DNA from: a virus
Taxonomy: Duplodnaviria; Caudoviricetes
IMG/VR virus record: IMGVR_UViG_2974601178_000001
Coordinates: 56,296 to 120,295 of that record
Length of the DNA stretch: 64,000 nucleotides
Reading direction: 5' to 3' (one strand)
A program made the translations under genes and the position numbers. Positions 7,916 to 17,820 of this stretch are shown one piece after another. Each line of letters starts with the position of its first letter. Within the stretch, counting starts at the first letter, position 1. Below the pieces are notes generated by a model. It was not told the origin of the DNA. It saw only the letters and a program-made list of their open reading frames with translations, and searched no databases.

Positions 7916-9004
7916 CTACTTATAATGTAAAGTATGTAACTTACTCTTATATTCCTCTAAATTTTCTGGATGATTCAACGATGCAAACTCTCCAAATAAA
8001 TCTACAGCCATTAAATCTCTATACCAAGAGGCTTCTTCTTTGGTATGGAAAGCTTTAGCTCTGGAACGTTTGTTTATCATAATTTCTGCATACCACCTCT
8101 TATTCAATGTACCATCTTTAGCGTATTCATTTCTATGCCCTTTAAATTTTACACCCAGTACTCCGTTTTTGTTTTTAATTACACCTTTATTATAATTATT
8201 CTGTGCTATGGTGGCTAAGCGTAGATTTAACTTCCTGTTATCTACAATAACTCCGTTAACGTGGTCAGCTTTGTAATCCGTGTTATCTCCTAATCCTAAC
8301 ACACAACGGTGAAGGTGCAAAGTTAATTTCCTGCGGTCTTTAGGCGGGGTTATATCTAATCTCCTACAGTTATCTTTACTATAATTAGCTATCACATAAC
8401 CTGCAGGATTGTTTACCCACATTATCTTACTCCACACATTGTAGACTTCTTTGTCAACTAAACTAAAACCTATTATCCTCTCTCTTCCTACAATACCACT
8501 GAATATAGGTATCTTCTTCTCTAGTGTATTATCTGTGTCTGGGCACCAAGTCTCCATATGTTTCTCAAACAAGGAAGCGGATTCTTTATAAACTCGTTTA
8601 CCACTACCACACCCACAACTAGGACTATGTACCTTAATAACTTCCGTAGCTACCTTTTTAAAAGTATTACCACAATGACACTTGAAGAAGTACATAGATG
8701 TTTTACCCTTTTCACATAACCCTGCATAACCTAGTACACGACAACCTCCATAATCCAAATCTGGTAAGTCATTTTCAGGGTTTTGGTTGTCAATTTTTAC
8801 AAAGGTAGCTTTGTGCTTATTAATCCTATGTTTAATGTGATCAACATTCTCCGTTGTGTTTAATATCTCTTTCTTCGTGTATGTATTTTCATAACCTGTA
8901 CCCTTATAACGTATTTTATAACCCCTTCTAGGATTGAAACCAATAACAACAAAAGTATCACCTTCTCCATTCAAAAACTCATCACCTACTTCAATATCCT
9001 TCAA
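7916..9004 (-). CDS. HNH homing endonuclease with C-terminal AP2 domain
   Basis: LHR...ADHVNGVIVDNRKLNLRLAT..QN HNH motif, GV..W.AEI AP2 domain, CHCG/SCGC zinc motifs; TTG 9004 has a GAGGG RBS. Confidence 0.85.
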   Translation of the reverse strand: MKDIEVGDEFLNGEGDTFVVIGFNPRRGYKIRYKGTGYENTYTKKEILNTTENVDHIKHRINKHKATFVKIDNQNPENDLPDLDYGGCRVLGYAGLCEKGKTSMYFFKCHCGNTFKKVATEVIKVHSPSCGCGSGKRVYKESASLFEKHMETWCPDTDNTLEKKIPIFSGIVGRERIIGFSLVDKEVYNVWSKIMWVNNPAGYVIANYSKDNCRRLDITPPKDRRKLTLHLHRCVLGLGDNTDYKADHVNGVIVDNRKLNLRLATIAQNNYNKGVIKNKNGVLGVKFKGHRNEYAKDGTLNKRWYAEIMINKRSRAKAFHTKEEASWYRDLMAVDLFGEFASLNHPENLEEYKSKLHTLHYK

Positions 9005-9038
9005 AATTTTTACCCTCTTCTTATTTATTAATCCTTTA

Positions 9039-9377
9039 TCAATGAGTATGCACACTGTTAAACATCTTATTAACGCTTCTATTATACTTTCCGCAAACCA
9101 CTTCCACTTTCTTATAACCAACCCACTTATCACCTTGGTAAACCTTTACACGCTTGTTATAGGTGCATTTTGGATAAGATGAATGTCCACTATTCTTCCC
9201 ACTTAATTCAAAAATCCTTTGCGGCAATAGGAACTCTTTATTAACCGTGTTAATCTTTTGTGCAATTTCCTGTTGAATACTCTCAGGTACTTTGTATTCA
9301 AAATCATGTGGCGCACAAACCTCCATTGATAAAGTGGCTGTTACCATAATTGTAGTGATCACACCTTCGCAAATCAT
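9039..9377 (-). CDS. Hypothetical protein
   Basis: ORF with GGAG RBS. Confidence 0.65.
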   Translation of the reverse strand: MICEGVITTIMVTATLSMEVCAPHDFEYKVPESIQQEIAQKINTVNKEFLLPQRIFELSGKNSGHSSYPKCTYNKRVKVYQGDKWVGYKKVEVVCGKYNRSVNKMFNSVHTH

Positions 9378-9611
9378 AATCTTTCTCCTAATAATTAATT
9401 TATAAACAGGGTAGCTTAATATGAGAAGAGTGTCAAGTTCTTTTTGAAAAGGGTTTCTGTTTATGTTAAATGAAATTAGCCTCAGGGTGTCCTCTCACAA
9501 CACCTACCCTTCCAGAAGGTGATTATCCATCAGACAAAAGAAAACCCCTTGTACGCTCTGTGAAGGCGCAGAAGGGGCTGTTTTGTGATTAGGGTTATCC
9601 TTTGTGTAAAG

Positions 9612-10088
9612 CTACAGTTCGTAAATCGTTACACTAGCATAACACCCATCTAAACAATGGTCAATCAATTCTTTGATAATTTCTTGTTCACATCCACCAA
9701 GGCCAGCGCCAATCCAAGGAACACCAATTTTTAAATCTCGTGGATTCCTTGTGTCAATGTCCTGTAAATATGTGAACAAGTTACAAAACCCGCTTGCAAT
9801 AGCACCATAATTTGCATAACGTTTGCCACTTCTACCATAATACTCTTGACTGCAAAGGTTTATAACTTTTCCACCATTGGATAAATCTCCAAGAGGGATG
9901 TTCTTTTTACCAAAGTCAATCCATTGTTGGTGTTGTTTCATGTAGGCTTGGTATGCTTCTGGAATGCGTTTCCTAATTTCACCAGCGATCCCACTTTTGT
10001 ACACCCCTTTCGAATTCGTACCATGTACCAAGTAATCAATCTCACCATTTAATAGAGCGTCTACTGCATTACCCTTAATTATTTTCAT
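9612..10088 (-). CDS. Macrodomain (ADP-ribose-binding/hydrolase) protein
   Basis: IIKGN, VHGTN..G...SGIAG, PWIGAGLGG motifs. Confidence 0.85.
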   Translation of the reverse strand: MKIIKGNAVDALLNGEIDYLVHGTNSKGVYKSGIAGEIRKRIPEAYQAYMKQHQQWIDFGKKNIPLGDLSNGGKVINLCSQEYYGRSGKRYANYGAIASGFCNLFTYLQDIDTRNPRDLKIGVPWIGAGLGGCEQEIIKELIDHCLDGCYASVTIYEL

Positions 10089-10091
10089 AAA

Positions 10092-10496
10092 TTATTCTCC
10101 TTCCTCAAACATCCACTTATGCACAACACATCCTCTATCATAAATAAATCCCCCAGTCCCAACCCTTTCAGCGTTATCAACCTTTGGACAAGTGCAATCC
10201 TTGAAACCAAATTGATACGTCTGATAATTCTTATCATAAGGAAATCCCCATAACAATTGCAGAGTTGTCTCCAATGATTGAACACATTCTACAGCATCTT
10301 TATATGTTTCACAATAGTAGAGAGGTCGATTGTGGATAATATGAATCTTGTCCATAATGGTTTGTATTGCTGAAATTGTACTTTCTGATAAGTCCCTACT
10401 TCGTGCAAAAGAATCATTAACTTTTGGGAATGAATCTTGTGGCAGGGTGTACTCTTTATCAAAAGCTTCCCATCCCGAAAGTATACCTGTTGTCAT
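10092..10496 (-). CDS. Hypothetical phage protein with C-terminal Zn-binding motif
   Basis: CTCPK...C..H. Confidence 0.65.
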   Translation of the reverse strand: MTTGILSGWEAFDKEYTLPQDSFPKVNDSFARSRDLSESTISAIQTIMDKIHIIHNRPLYYCETYKDAVECVQSLETTLQLLWGFPYDKNYQTYQFGFKDCTCPKVDNAERVGTGGFIYDRGCVVHKWMFEEGE

Positions 10497-10705
10497 AACA
10501 TCACCTCCACACCCTTACCAACATTATCCATAATTTTCTCATGTACATCTGTACTCCAAATGGATTTCTCATTTACAATGTAAACACTTCCATTAAAAGG
10601 AAAACTCACTTCACAACAATGATCTTCTGCAAGTGTGACAGCGTTTGTCCAAATGTCATAGTGACTGCCCATTTGCCAATCCATTTCAATTCTTTTAATG
10701 TTCAT
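10493..10705 (-). CDS. Hypothetical protein
   Basis: Translationally coupled ORF. Confidence 0.6.
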   Translation of the reverse strand: MNIKRIEMDWQMGSHYDIWTNAVTLAEDHCCEVSFPFNGSVYIVNEKSIWSTDVHEKIMDNVGKGVEVML

Positions 10706-11169
10706 AAACCCACCTTAATAAAACCTTCGTCATCACAATCATCGTGGTCGTAGTATACATCTCCAAAAGGAGATAATGCAATGGCAACTTGATCCATAAT
10801 AGAATGATTTTTACCCCAGTGTCCTATTGAGAAAAGGATTTTATCACCTTGTACGATATCTTGGTAGTCTTCTGAACAATCAGGAAAAACTTTTAATGAG
10901 CGTTTGTAATCATCCCCACAACCAAACACTATACTAAGACAATCCATATTATAAGCATGAAGGTGTACTCCATTTGTGAAGGTTTCTGCTTGTGACTTGT
11001 AGTCCTCAGTAAACATAAAGTGCATTCTATTTACAGCATCCGTATGATTTTCCCAATAATAATCAAGTTCTTTTCTGGTGTAAATGTTCAACTGTTTAAT
11101 AACAGCATCTAACACACCCACAAGTTTATCTTTACCACATGTTACAAACATTTTTGAATCTACTGACAT
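10702..11169 (-). CDS. Hypothetical protein
   Basis: ORF with GGAG RBS. Confidence 0.7.
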   Translation of the reverse strand: MSVDSKMFVTCGKDKLVGVLDAVIKQLNIYTRKELDYYWENHTDAVNRMHFMFTEDYKSQAETFTNGVHLHAYNMDCLSIVFGCGDDYKRSLKVFPDCSEDYQDIVQGDKILFSIGHWGKNHSIMDQVAIALSPFGDVYYDHDDCDDEGFIKVGL

Positions 11170-11171
11170 AG

Positions 11172-11360
11172 TTATTCTCCTAATATTTCCGCTTTCATAA
11201 CAGCCATTTTACACGATAACCATTCTGATAAACGTTCCTCAGCATTAGCAAATATTGAATCCTTGTCAGAAGTTTCCCCTGATGCTAACACAAGTGTAGT
11301 AGATTCATCAATAATGTAAGATACAATGTGATCATCTTCTTCCCAGCTTTGAATTTTCAT
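11172..11360 (-). CDS. Hypothetical protein
   Basis: ORF with GAGGAG RBS. Confidence 0.6.
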   Translation of the reverse strand: MKIQSWEEDDHIVSYIIDESTTLVLASGETSDKDSIFANAEERLSEWLSCKMAVMKAEILGE

Positions 11361-11397
11361 ATCTTTCTCCTCAAAATTAAATCCTACCTACAATATA

Positions 11398-11850
11398 TCA
11401 CTTTTTAAACGAATTCAACACTTTTATAGAATTAATCACCTTGTTGTAATCCTCAACACTTTCTATAAAGTATTCATCTTCGTTCCACAGGAACACAACA
11501 CCCTCTTTATAGAAGCAGAGGGAGCCGTTCACAGTGTGGCAATCCTCTTTAATACAATGTATCATCTCATCTGAGAAAGTGGCTGAGATTGCGTTAAAAG
11601 TGGTTTCATTGTAGTTGCTAATGGTTTCCCCTTGGTTGATGTTATCATCTTCTAAAGGTATTTCTTCGAAGAATTGGAATTCATCTTCAGGTATTAAAAG
11701 CATACCTTCCTCAACACAAATCAACTCTCCGAAAGCATTTATATAACCCTCATAACAATTTTTTGAAAGGTAATAATCCTTATAATATCTTGAATTTGGA
11801 GAGGCTGCTGAAAAATACCCATCTTTATCAATCAAACAAAACTTTCTCAA
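11398..11850 (-). CDS. Hypothetical acidic protein
   Basis: ORF in operon. Confidence 0.6.
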   Translation of the reverse strand: MRKFCLIDKDGYFSAASPNSRYYKDYYLSKNCYEGYINAFGELICVEEGMLLIPEDEFQFFEEIPLEDDNINQGETISNYNETTFNAISATFSDEMIHCIKEDCHTVNGSLCFYKEGVVFLWNEDEYFIESVEDYNKVINSIKVLNSFKK

Positions 11851-11867
11851 TTTTGTTCACTCATAAT

Positions 11868-12191
11868 TTATTCTCCTTTTAATTTTACAGTAAGGTATTT
11901 GTAAAACGAGTGATGGATCTTAATACCAACATCAAACCCTTCTTTCTCTAGATAAGTTTGGATATCTCCAAGAGGAACTTCTCCAGAAGAATCTGTAAAA
12001 GGAAGTGCAGGTACAGTTTCTACATTTCCATATTTATTATATTGCATTTGTAAATCAACTTCTTGCCGATTATTAAACAAACTTGAGAACTCATAAGAAT
12101 TGAACCAAGAGTATACTTCTGGGTATCTGGCTTTAAACTCTTTAATAAAGTGTGCTTTCTTTTCCTGCTGGATCTTTTCTGATAAATTCAT
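11868..12191 (-). CDS. Hypothetical protein
   Basis: ORF with AGGAG RBS. Confidence 0.7.
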   Translation of the reverse strand: MNLSEKIQQEKKAHFIKEFKARYPEVYSWFNSYEFSSLFNNRQEVDLQMQYNKYGNVETVPALPFTDSSGEVPLGDIQTYLEKEGFDVGIKIHHSFYKYLTVKLKGE

Positions 12192-12328
12192 ATTATTCTC
12201 CTAAAAGTTTTAATATTTAGAAACGAAAAAAAAAAGCTTGCATTAAATTCACCTCCGTTTCAATAAGGTAATATTAATACAAGCTTTCTATTTGGTCAAG
12301 AGGTATTTTGAAAAATGTTGGATTATTT

Positions 12329-12994
12329 TTACAACAGGGTCTCATTTTCCTCATTTAAACTTTCTAAAAGTATATTTGCATGAAGTAGTAATCCGTTTTT
12401 GACACGGTCGTCCTCTTGTTCAGAAGCTACTTGCAGGATGAGTGCGTGTTTGTATGTGACATAGGCTTCGTATGCTTGTTGCTCTGTTGGGTATCTTCCT
12501 AAGTTCTTTTGTTGGCCTGAACCGTCGTTACATTGTGCTAAGAATTTACCCCTGTCTTTGTTAAAATGCACACCTTTCTTGTAACTACCTCTTTTTGCGC
12601 CTCTGTCTGTTAATAATTTATTAACTTTACTACTAACAAAAACACAAGCATCGGGAGAATACACTTTATTATTAGGTAGAATTATATCTTTGTCTAATTG
12701 TTTACCCTTCCGATCTTGGGTCTCCATCCATTGACGGAAGTTAGAGAATGTGTGCCATTCTTTGCAAACAGAAACCTCCTTGTAGGCAGGTTGTTTCTCC
12801 TTTGATTTAAGACAGTACCCTCTCTCAAGAATACCCATCCACCTCGTATAATAGGGGCAACGAGTATACTTTCCGTTTACTTTTTGTGAGGTCTTATACC
12901 AAGAATCATTCACCCCTACTCCATACAACAATGTTCTGTGAGCTAAATCTGATTTACTAGCAGTAACTCTCTGAAAATCATATTCTTCTTTCAT
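12329..12994 (-). CDS. HNH-like homing endonuclease with AP2 domain
   Basis: YGVGVND, VCKEWHTFSNF, LDKDIILPNNKVYSPDACVFV, GV...KFLAQC...LGRY. Confidence 0.8.
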   Translation of the reverse strand: MKEEYDFQRVTASKSDLAHRTLLYGVGVNDSWYKTSQKVNGKYTRCPYYTRWMGILERGYCLKSKEKQPAYKEVSVCKEWHTFSNFRQWMETQDRKGKQLDKDIILPNNKVYSPDACVFVSSKVNKLLTDRGAKRGSYKKGVHFNKDRGKFLAQCNDGSGQQKNLGRYPTEQQAYEAYVTYKHALILQVASEQEDDRVKNGLLLHANILLESLNEENETLL

Positions 12995-14257
12995 CTAAAA
13001 TTCTACCTTATAATTAAAATTATCTATATTACCCAAAACCTTTCTCCAAGAATCCCTCATTAAATTAATCAACTCGTCCTGTTGATCCTTCTTTACAATA
13101 AAACTGTCATGGTAACACAAACAGACCTCACCATTATTAGCAAAGTGCATCATAATATTAGTAGCTATCTGTGAATCTATAAATTGTGCAAGTTTCCAAT
13201 TCTCTTTGGTGTAGAAGTATTTGTGTAAAAAGAAGTTGTGCTCTTCTAAAGCCTCAAGGATATCCTTCTCATTAATATCTCCTACACATTCATCTTTTAA
13301 CAACCCCCTTATCTCGTATAAGGCTGTTCCACGATTACTTGCATAAAGAAGTGCCATCATTGCCACCTTACACAAGCTTCTCACCTCCTTTTCAGAAAGT
13401 GTAGTGTTGAGTAAGTGTTTTATGTTGTAAGGATCATACTCTTCTGCTAAAGTGATACCCTCAAGAGTGGCGAATATACTTGGATGGATAAACTTAAAAT
13501 CTACTTCTGTAGAAGCCTCATCATTAATTTCAATAGTATATCTTTTATCAGAAGATTCTGTTTGAAAACTTCCTACTACATACCACCTACCTCCTTGCTT
13601 GATGCAACTGTGAAATCTGCGTTTATAAACCACAGTGCACACCTCTCCTTCAAAGGTTATTTTGTTCTCTGATAATACTTTATTAACAAGTTTAATCTCC
13701 TTAGTCAAAGAACCTACCCCTTTAAATTTTGAATTAGTTTTAAATACGTTCTTGTTTTTAGTGGAGGCTTCTTCATCTATAATTTCCACAAATTGCATAC
13801 CATCTGTCTTATTGATAGCATATTTCTTGCATAAGTTTTTATCTAACATAGATAGGAGTTTTTCATGGAATACTAAGTAGGAAGGCATACTGTCATTGTC
13901 GTGTTTGAAATAACCTTTATATACTTTAAAGTATCCTTTCTCCTCCATAAGATCTAATAATCTTCTTGTCTTCCTATAACTGATCTTCTTGCCCGTTTTC
14001 TGCATCAAAGGTGTTGTAGAGGAGTATTCATTTGCGTTGAGTGGGAACATACAACCCTTATCGTTATACCTTCTCGCTTTAGCTGCTGCTGTAAGTATAA
14101 CTCTGATAGGTATTTCGTACTCTTTCCCAAACTCTTTTACTAAAGTGTTAACTGCTGAATCTTGCCATTTAGGTGATTTATAAGTAAGAAAGAATGGTTC
14201 ACATCCTCTTATTACAAAGTACCTTTCCCATTTATCTAGGCTGTCTAAATTTATCAT
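12995..14257 (-). CDS. Divergent family-A / T7-like polymerase (TV-Pol-like) with N-terminal wHTH, no exonuclease domain
   Basis: GGRWY...FQ, motif A EVDFKFIHP, motif B RSLCK...LLY, motif C YHDSF; ATG 14257 has AGAGGT RBS. Confidence 0.7.
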   Translation of the reverse strand: MINLDSLDKWERYFVIRGCEPFFLTYKSPKWQDSAVNTLVKEFGKEYEIPIRVILTAAAKARRYNDKGCMFPLNANEYSSTTPLMQKTGKKISYRKTRRLLDLMEEKGYFKVYKGYFKHDNDSMPSYLVFHEKLLSMLDKNLCKKYAINKTDGMQFVEIIDEEASTKNKNVFKTNSKFKGVGSLTKEIKLVNKVLSENKITFEGEVCTVVYKRRFHSCIKQGGRWYVVGSFQTESSDKRYTIEINDEASTEVDFKFIHPSIFATLEGITLAEEYDPYNIKHLLNTTLSEKEVRSLCKVAMMALLYASNRGTALYEIRGLLKDECVGDINEKDILEALEEHNFFLHKYFYTKENWKLAQFIDSQIATNIMMHFANNGEVCLCYHDSFIVKKDQQDELINLMRDSWRKVLGNIDNFNYKVEF

Positions 14258-14374
14258 TTCTGATACCTCTTCTGGTACTATCAAAACGGGTAAAAGAACT
14301 CTACCCGCTTATAAAATATTATTTAAAATTAATAACTTGTAGGTGAAAACTTACAATCCTGTAGGAAAACGTTA

Positions 14375-14557
14375 TTAAATACCTTTCCTCCCTAATATAT
14401 CCCCTTCTTCCCTTATAATCCTTTCCCTAATAATATCCCCTTCTTTAGAGTTAATACATTCTTTGATTAATAACTTTAGGTAGTACTGATTGGACTTACC
14501 TTTCCCAAACTCTTCTTCTATAAATTTAATCATCCAAGTGGGTAATTGTAGATTCAT
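14375..14557 (-). CDS. Small ribbon-helix-helix-like protein (putative)
   Basis: MNLQLP alternating strand then two helices (S..Y...LI.E). Confidence 0.4.
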   Translation of the reverse strand: MNLQLPTWMIKFIEEEFGKGKSNQYYLKLLIKECINSKEGDIIRERIIREEGDILGRKGI

Positions 14558-14587
14558 ATTATATCCTCAAAGGTTATACTTAGCTGT

Positions 14588-14782
14588 TCAGTCGAAACCT
14601 GCTTCTTTAGGGCTAAGGGGTATGCTCCGATCACCCAACACCCACCATCCTAACAAACAACAATAATCATAAGAGTCCATACTATAACGGGCTTCTTCAT
14701 CAATGTAATCATGCACCGAAGATAACTCTTCACCTGTCATGTTAGATTTATCTGAATAAAGTAATTTCGCTATTGATCTCAT
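14588..14782 (-). CDS. Hypothetical protein
   Basis: ORF with GAGGA RBS. Confidence 0.55.
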   Translation of the reverse strand: MRSIAKLLYSDKSNMTGEELSSVHDYIDEEARYSMDSYDYCCLLGWWVLGDRSIPLSPKEAGFD

Positions 14783-15336
14783 GACTTATCCTCGCTACTC
14801 TCAAAATTAAGTTTACCTTTAACCAAACACAAGGCTAAATACTCTTCATAATAACCTTTGGACTTGGCTCGGTATAGACGTTTATTAAGATTTTCTCTGG
14901 TAATATTTTTGTCTAAAAGCTTGTTTACTCTCACCCAATCTATATGTGTATAGTCCATGTTTATTCCTCTTTATGTATATTAAAATCTATTATAGCTTAA
15001 ATAAAGATGTTTGTCAAACCTTCTCTAACCCATCTGAAAGAACATAACATCTTCTAATAATTCTACCTTATCTTCTCCAGCATTCTCTGTAATATAGACA
15101 TCCCCGTTATGATAAGACACCCACTCTAAATCATTATCTAGATCTAAGTAAAGAGTGCCACCTCTCATATCAATCTTGTGTGTATAATTAATTATCATAA
15201 CACCTCCAATAAAACTTTATTATAACAGCTACCCTTTAACATAGGAAGCCTTCTGGATGGCTATAAATAAGCCTACTTGTCAACTTCGTATATTATACAA
15301 ATAGCCTTCTCTAACACTATACAAAACACGAACCAA

Positions 15337-15795
15337 TCAATAACACCTATCCACACTCCCATCCTTAAACTCAACACTTCCATGTTCAAAACAATCGAGG
15401 TACATTTCACCAAGGGTATTGCCACATTTACACAACAACTCTTCTCCCATATTATAATTGCAACAACCGTACCCTGATTGAAAAGGAGGAACTACCCCTT
15501 CTAATAAACTACGTTCTCCAACCACAAGGGTGTCCTTTGTTGCCTTAACTACTTTGTAATATCCTTCTATTCCGTGGTAATCGTATGTCCTGTTGAAAGA
15601 GGGAAGCCCTTTTCGAATATAGAATAACCCTTTCTTCATACGGTAACCACTTTGGTCATAAGGTATTCCATGATCGGTGGTCATCACCTTTTTCATAGAA
15701 TACGGTGTCAGGAAGTGGTATTTATCATAAGACACTTTTGCATAATACAAATCCTCTGTCAACAAAGTTTTACATTTTGAACATTTTAATTTCAT
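15337..15795 (-). CDS. Zn-binding hypothetical protein
   Basis: CSKC ... CKCG motifs. Confidence 0.65.
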   Translation of the reverse strand: MKLKCSKCKTLLTEDLYYAKVSYDKYHFLTPYSMKKVMTTDHGIPYDQSGYRMKKGLFYIRKGLPSFNRTYDYHGIEGYYKVVKATKDTLVVGERSLLEGVVPPFQSGYGCCNYNMGEELLCKCGNTLGEMYLDCFEHGSVEFKDGSVDRCY

Positions 15796-16013
15796 ATTAT
15801 CTCCTTAACTAAGAACAAAACAAACACCCCGCTCCAACCCTGAACCATTCCCACAAGAATAGCCTTTGAGGAACTGGAATACCACCCCTCACAATACCCT
15901 CTCATACCAAGGAAATCCACTTTCAATAAAATGAATAATGTCAAAAGGTTTACCACTGGACACCAGAATAAGAAGGCTTTGGTGAAGTGTTTTATAAATT
16001 TATTCATAATCAC
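15792..16013 (-). CDS. Small membrane protein
   Basis: Two hydrophobic segments. Confidence 0.55.
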   Translation of the reverse strand: MIMNKFIKHFTKAFLFWCPVVNLLTLFILLKVDFLGMRGYCEGWYSSSSKAILVGMVQGWSGVFVLFLVKEII

Positions 16014-16576
16014 TTCTCCACATAATATTCTCTACCATCTTCACAAGTGTTATCTGCTCCTAAAAAGATCCAATCCCCATCTAAATTCATAAATTCCCAA
16101 ACATCGTAAACCTTATTCCCTAAACCAGTTACTGTCTTGTAAGTTTTATTACCTCCCCTGTCAAAAGCAACCACCACATCACCAACAGATAACAACTCAT
16201 CCCAATTATTCAAAGTGATCCTTGTTAGTGGTGGTTCTGCCCTCTCACAGACTGTCTCAGAAGGTTTCTCACTATCCGAGGGTGATTGTGTAGGTGAAGT
16301 GTTATCATTGCTCACAGGCGCTGTTTCAGAAAGAGGTGAAGATTCAACAATCTCCTTACGTAGCTCAAATGTGATCCCGTTTCGGATACATATGTCAATA
16401 AACTCCACCATAGAAGTTTCCTCTGCTGAAAGAAGGATACTTTTGGCATTACCACCCACTTGTGTTAAAAGGGATTCCAGTTTAGAAATTTCTGTTTCTT
16501 CTAAAGTAGGAGCGCTCTTGTACATTTTATTGATTGTTTGCATAATGTTATTCTTCATAATTATTCTCATTCCCAA
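16010..16576 (-). CDS. Hypothetical protein
   Basis: ORF in operon. Confidence 0.6.
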   Translation of the reverse strand: MGMRIIMKNNIMQTINKMYKSAPTLEETEISKLESLLTQVGGNAKSILLSAEETSMVEFIDICIRNGITFELRKEIVESSPLSETAPVSNDNTSPTQSPSDSEKPSETVCERAEPPLTRITLNNWDELLSVGDVVVAFDRGGNKTYKTVTGLGNKVYDVWEFMNLDGDWIFLGADNTCEDGREYYVEK

Positions 16577-16791
16577 CGATCAGTAAACAATTCATCAATA
16601 TAATCTTCCCATTCTTGATGATAACTTGTAGGCTGTTGTTTATTACTTCGCATAAAGTTATCTATGCAGCAAACACCTCCTTCTTTCAACTCTTGTTTAC
16701 ATTCGTTGCAAAGGTATTCATTGCGCTCATTAGATACATTATCACACATAATATTTTCACAACCATTTCTATCACAAACTAATACGCCCAT
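16567..16791 (-). CDS. Cys-rich hypothetical protein
   Basis: CDRNGCENIMC...CNEC; AGGAG RBS. Confidence 0.65.
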   Translation of the reverse strand: MGVLVCDRNGCENIMCDNVSNERNEYLCNECKQELKEGGVCCIDNFMRSNKQQPTSYHQEWEDYIDELFTDRWE

Positions 16792-16905
16792 AATTATTCT
16801 CCTATTTTATAAAAGTTTATTTCAGATAAAAGAAAACCCCGTTTCCTCAATGTGACTAAGGATAACAGGGTTTTATGTTTGTGTCGAGGGGTAATTTTAT
16901 CTAAA

Positions 16906-17820
16906 TTAAAATTCTAACCAAGGATTACCTACATTCACAACATTCAAACCTAAATCATATTTGAACATTCTAGAAACTGTAGGGCGATCATCTAATACAA
17001 GTTTTACATTGTAATTGTGGTTTACATACCTGTTAAATAATTCTTTCTTGATAATAGTGTCTTTTCTACAATCTCCCTCTGGACGCATATATAAATGGAA
17101 ATGACCACCCAATTCAGTAAAATACTTTTCAATCCAAAGTTGGGTATCTTCCATACAAACAGAATCTCTTCCTGACATAAAGATAGGAACATAACCTTCG
17201 GCAATAAGACCTTTCGCCATGTGAATAATTTCTTCACGAGGTAAATCTTCTCCAACTTTATCCCATTCAAAAGGTGATCGGTTATGCATAGAGGCCAACG
17301 TACCATCAATATCTAGTATTACCGCAGAAGGAACATCCTCTTTATTAGGATCATGCCAGTTCTTCTTAAGGAAAACGTCTGCGTAATTTTTATATTGAGA
17401 AGTGATAACCTTATACCCAACGCCAGAAAGTCTCTTAGCGTCCCTTTCAAGGGCTTCTAGTAGGTCAATATGGAACACCTTCTTCTCAAAAGTATAGTTC
17501 TTTAAACAAGTCCAAGTCTTAAAGTAGTCTATGTATTTTGGGTTAAGGTTGGTGTCACTTATGATAATATTCTTACCCTTTTCAGTAGCATCCTTGATTA
17601 GATGGTGTTGCAATTCTGTCACTAAGGTTTCATTACCTTTTGTGAATTTGTACTTACCCCAATCAATAGTACCTCCTGTGAACAAGAAACCTCGGATATC
17701 ATCACGATTAATATTAACCCAAACGTTTTTATTGTTACCTTGGGAAAGGAAGTCATTAACCCAAGTGGTCTTTCCTGAACAGCTAACCCCTACTGTGTAA
17801 ATAAGTTTCTTACTTTTCAT
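16906..17820 (-). CDS. pseT: Polynucleotide 5'-kinase/3'-phosphatase
   Basis: GVSCSGKTT P-loop, NRDDIR, HAD motif DIDGTL, DDR. Confidence 0.92.
   Translation of the reverse strand: MKSKKLIYTVGVSCSGKTTWVNDFLSQGNNKNVWVNINRDDIRGFLFTGGTIDWGKYKFTKGNETLVTELQHHLIKDATEKGKNIIISDTNLNPKYIDYFKTWTCLKNYTFEKKVFHIDLLEALERDAKRLSGVGYKVITSQYKNYADVFLKKNWHDPNKEDVPSAVILDIDGTLASMHNRSPFEWDKVGEDLPREEIIHMAKGLIAEGYVPIFMSGRDSVCMEDTQLWIEKYFTELGGHFHLYMRPEGDCRKDTIIKKELFNRYVNHNYNVKLVLDDRPTVSRMFKYDLGLNVVNVGNPWLEF

Noticed and set aside
10331-10339. DnaA box TGTGGATAA
   Set aside because: Isolated copy inside a coding region; compatible with chance
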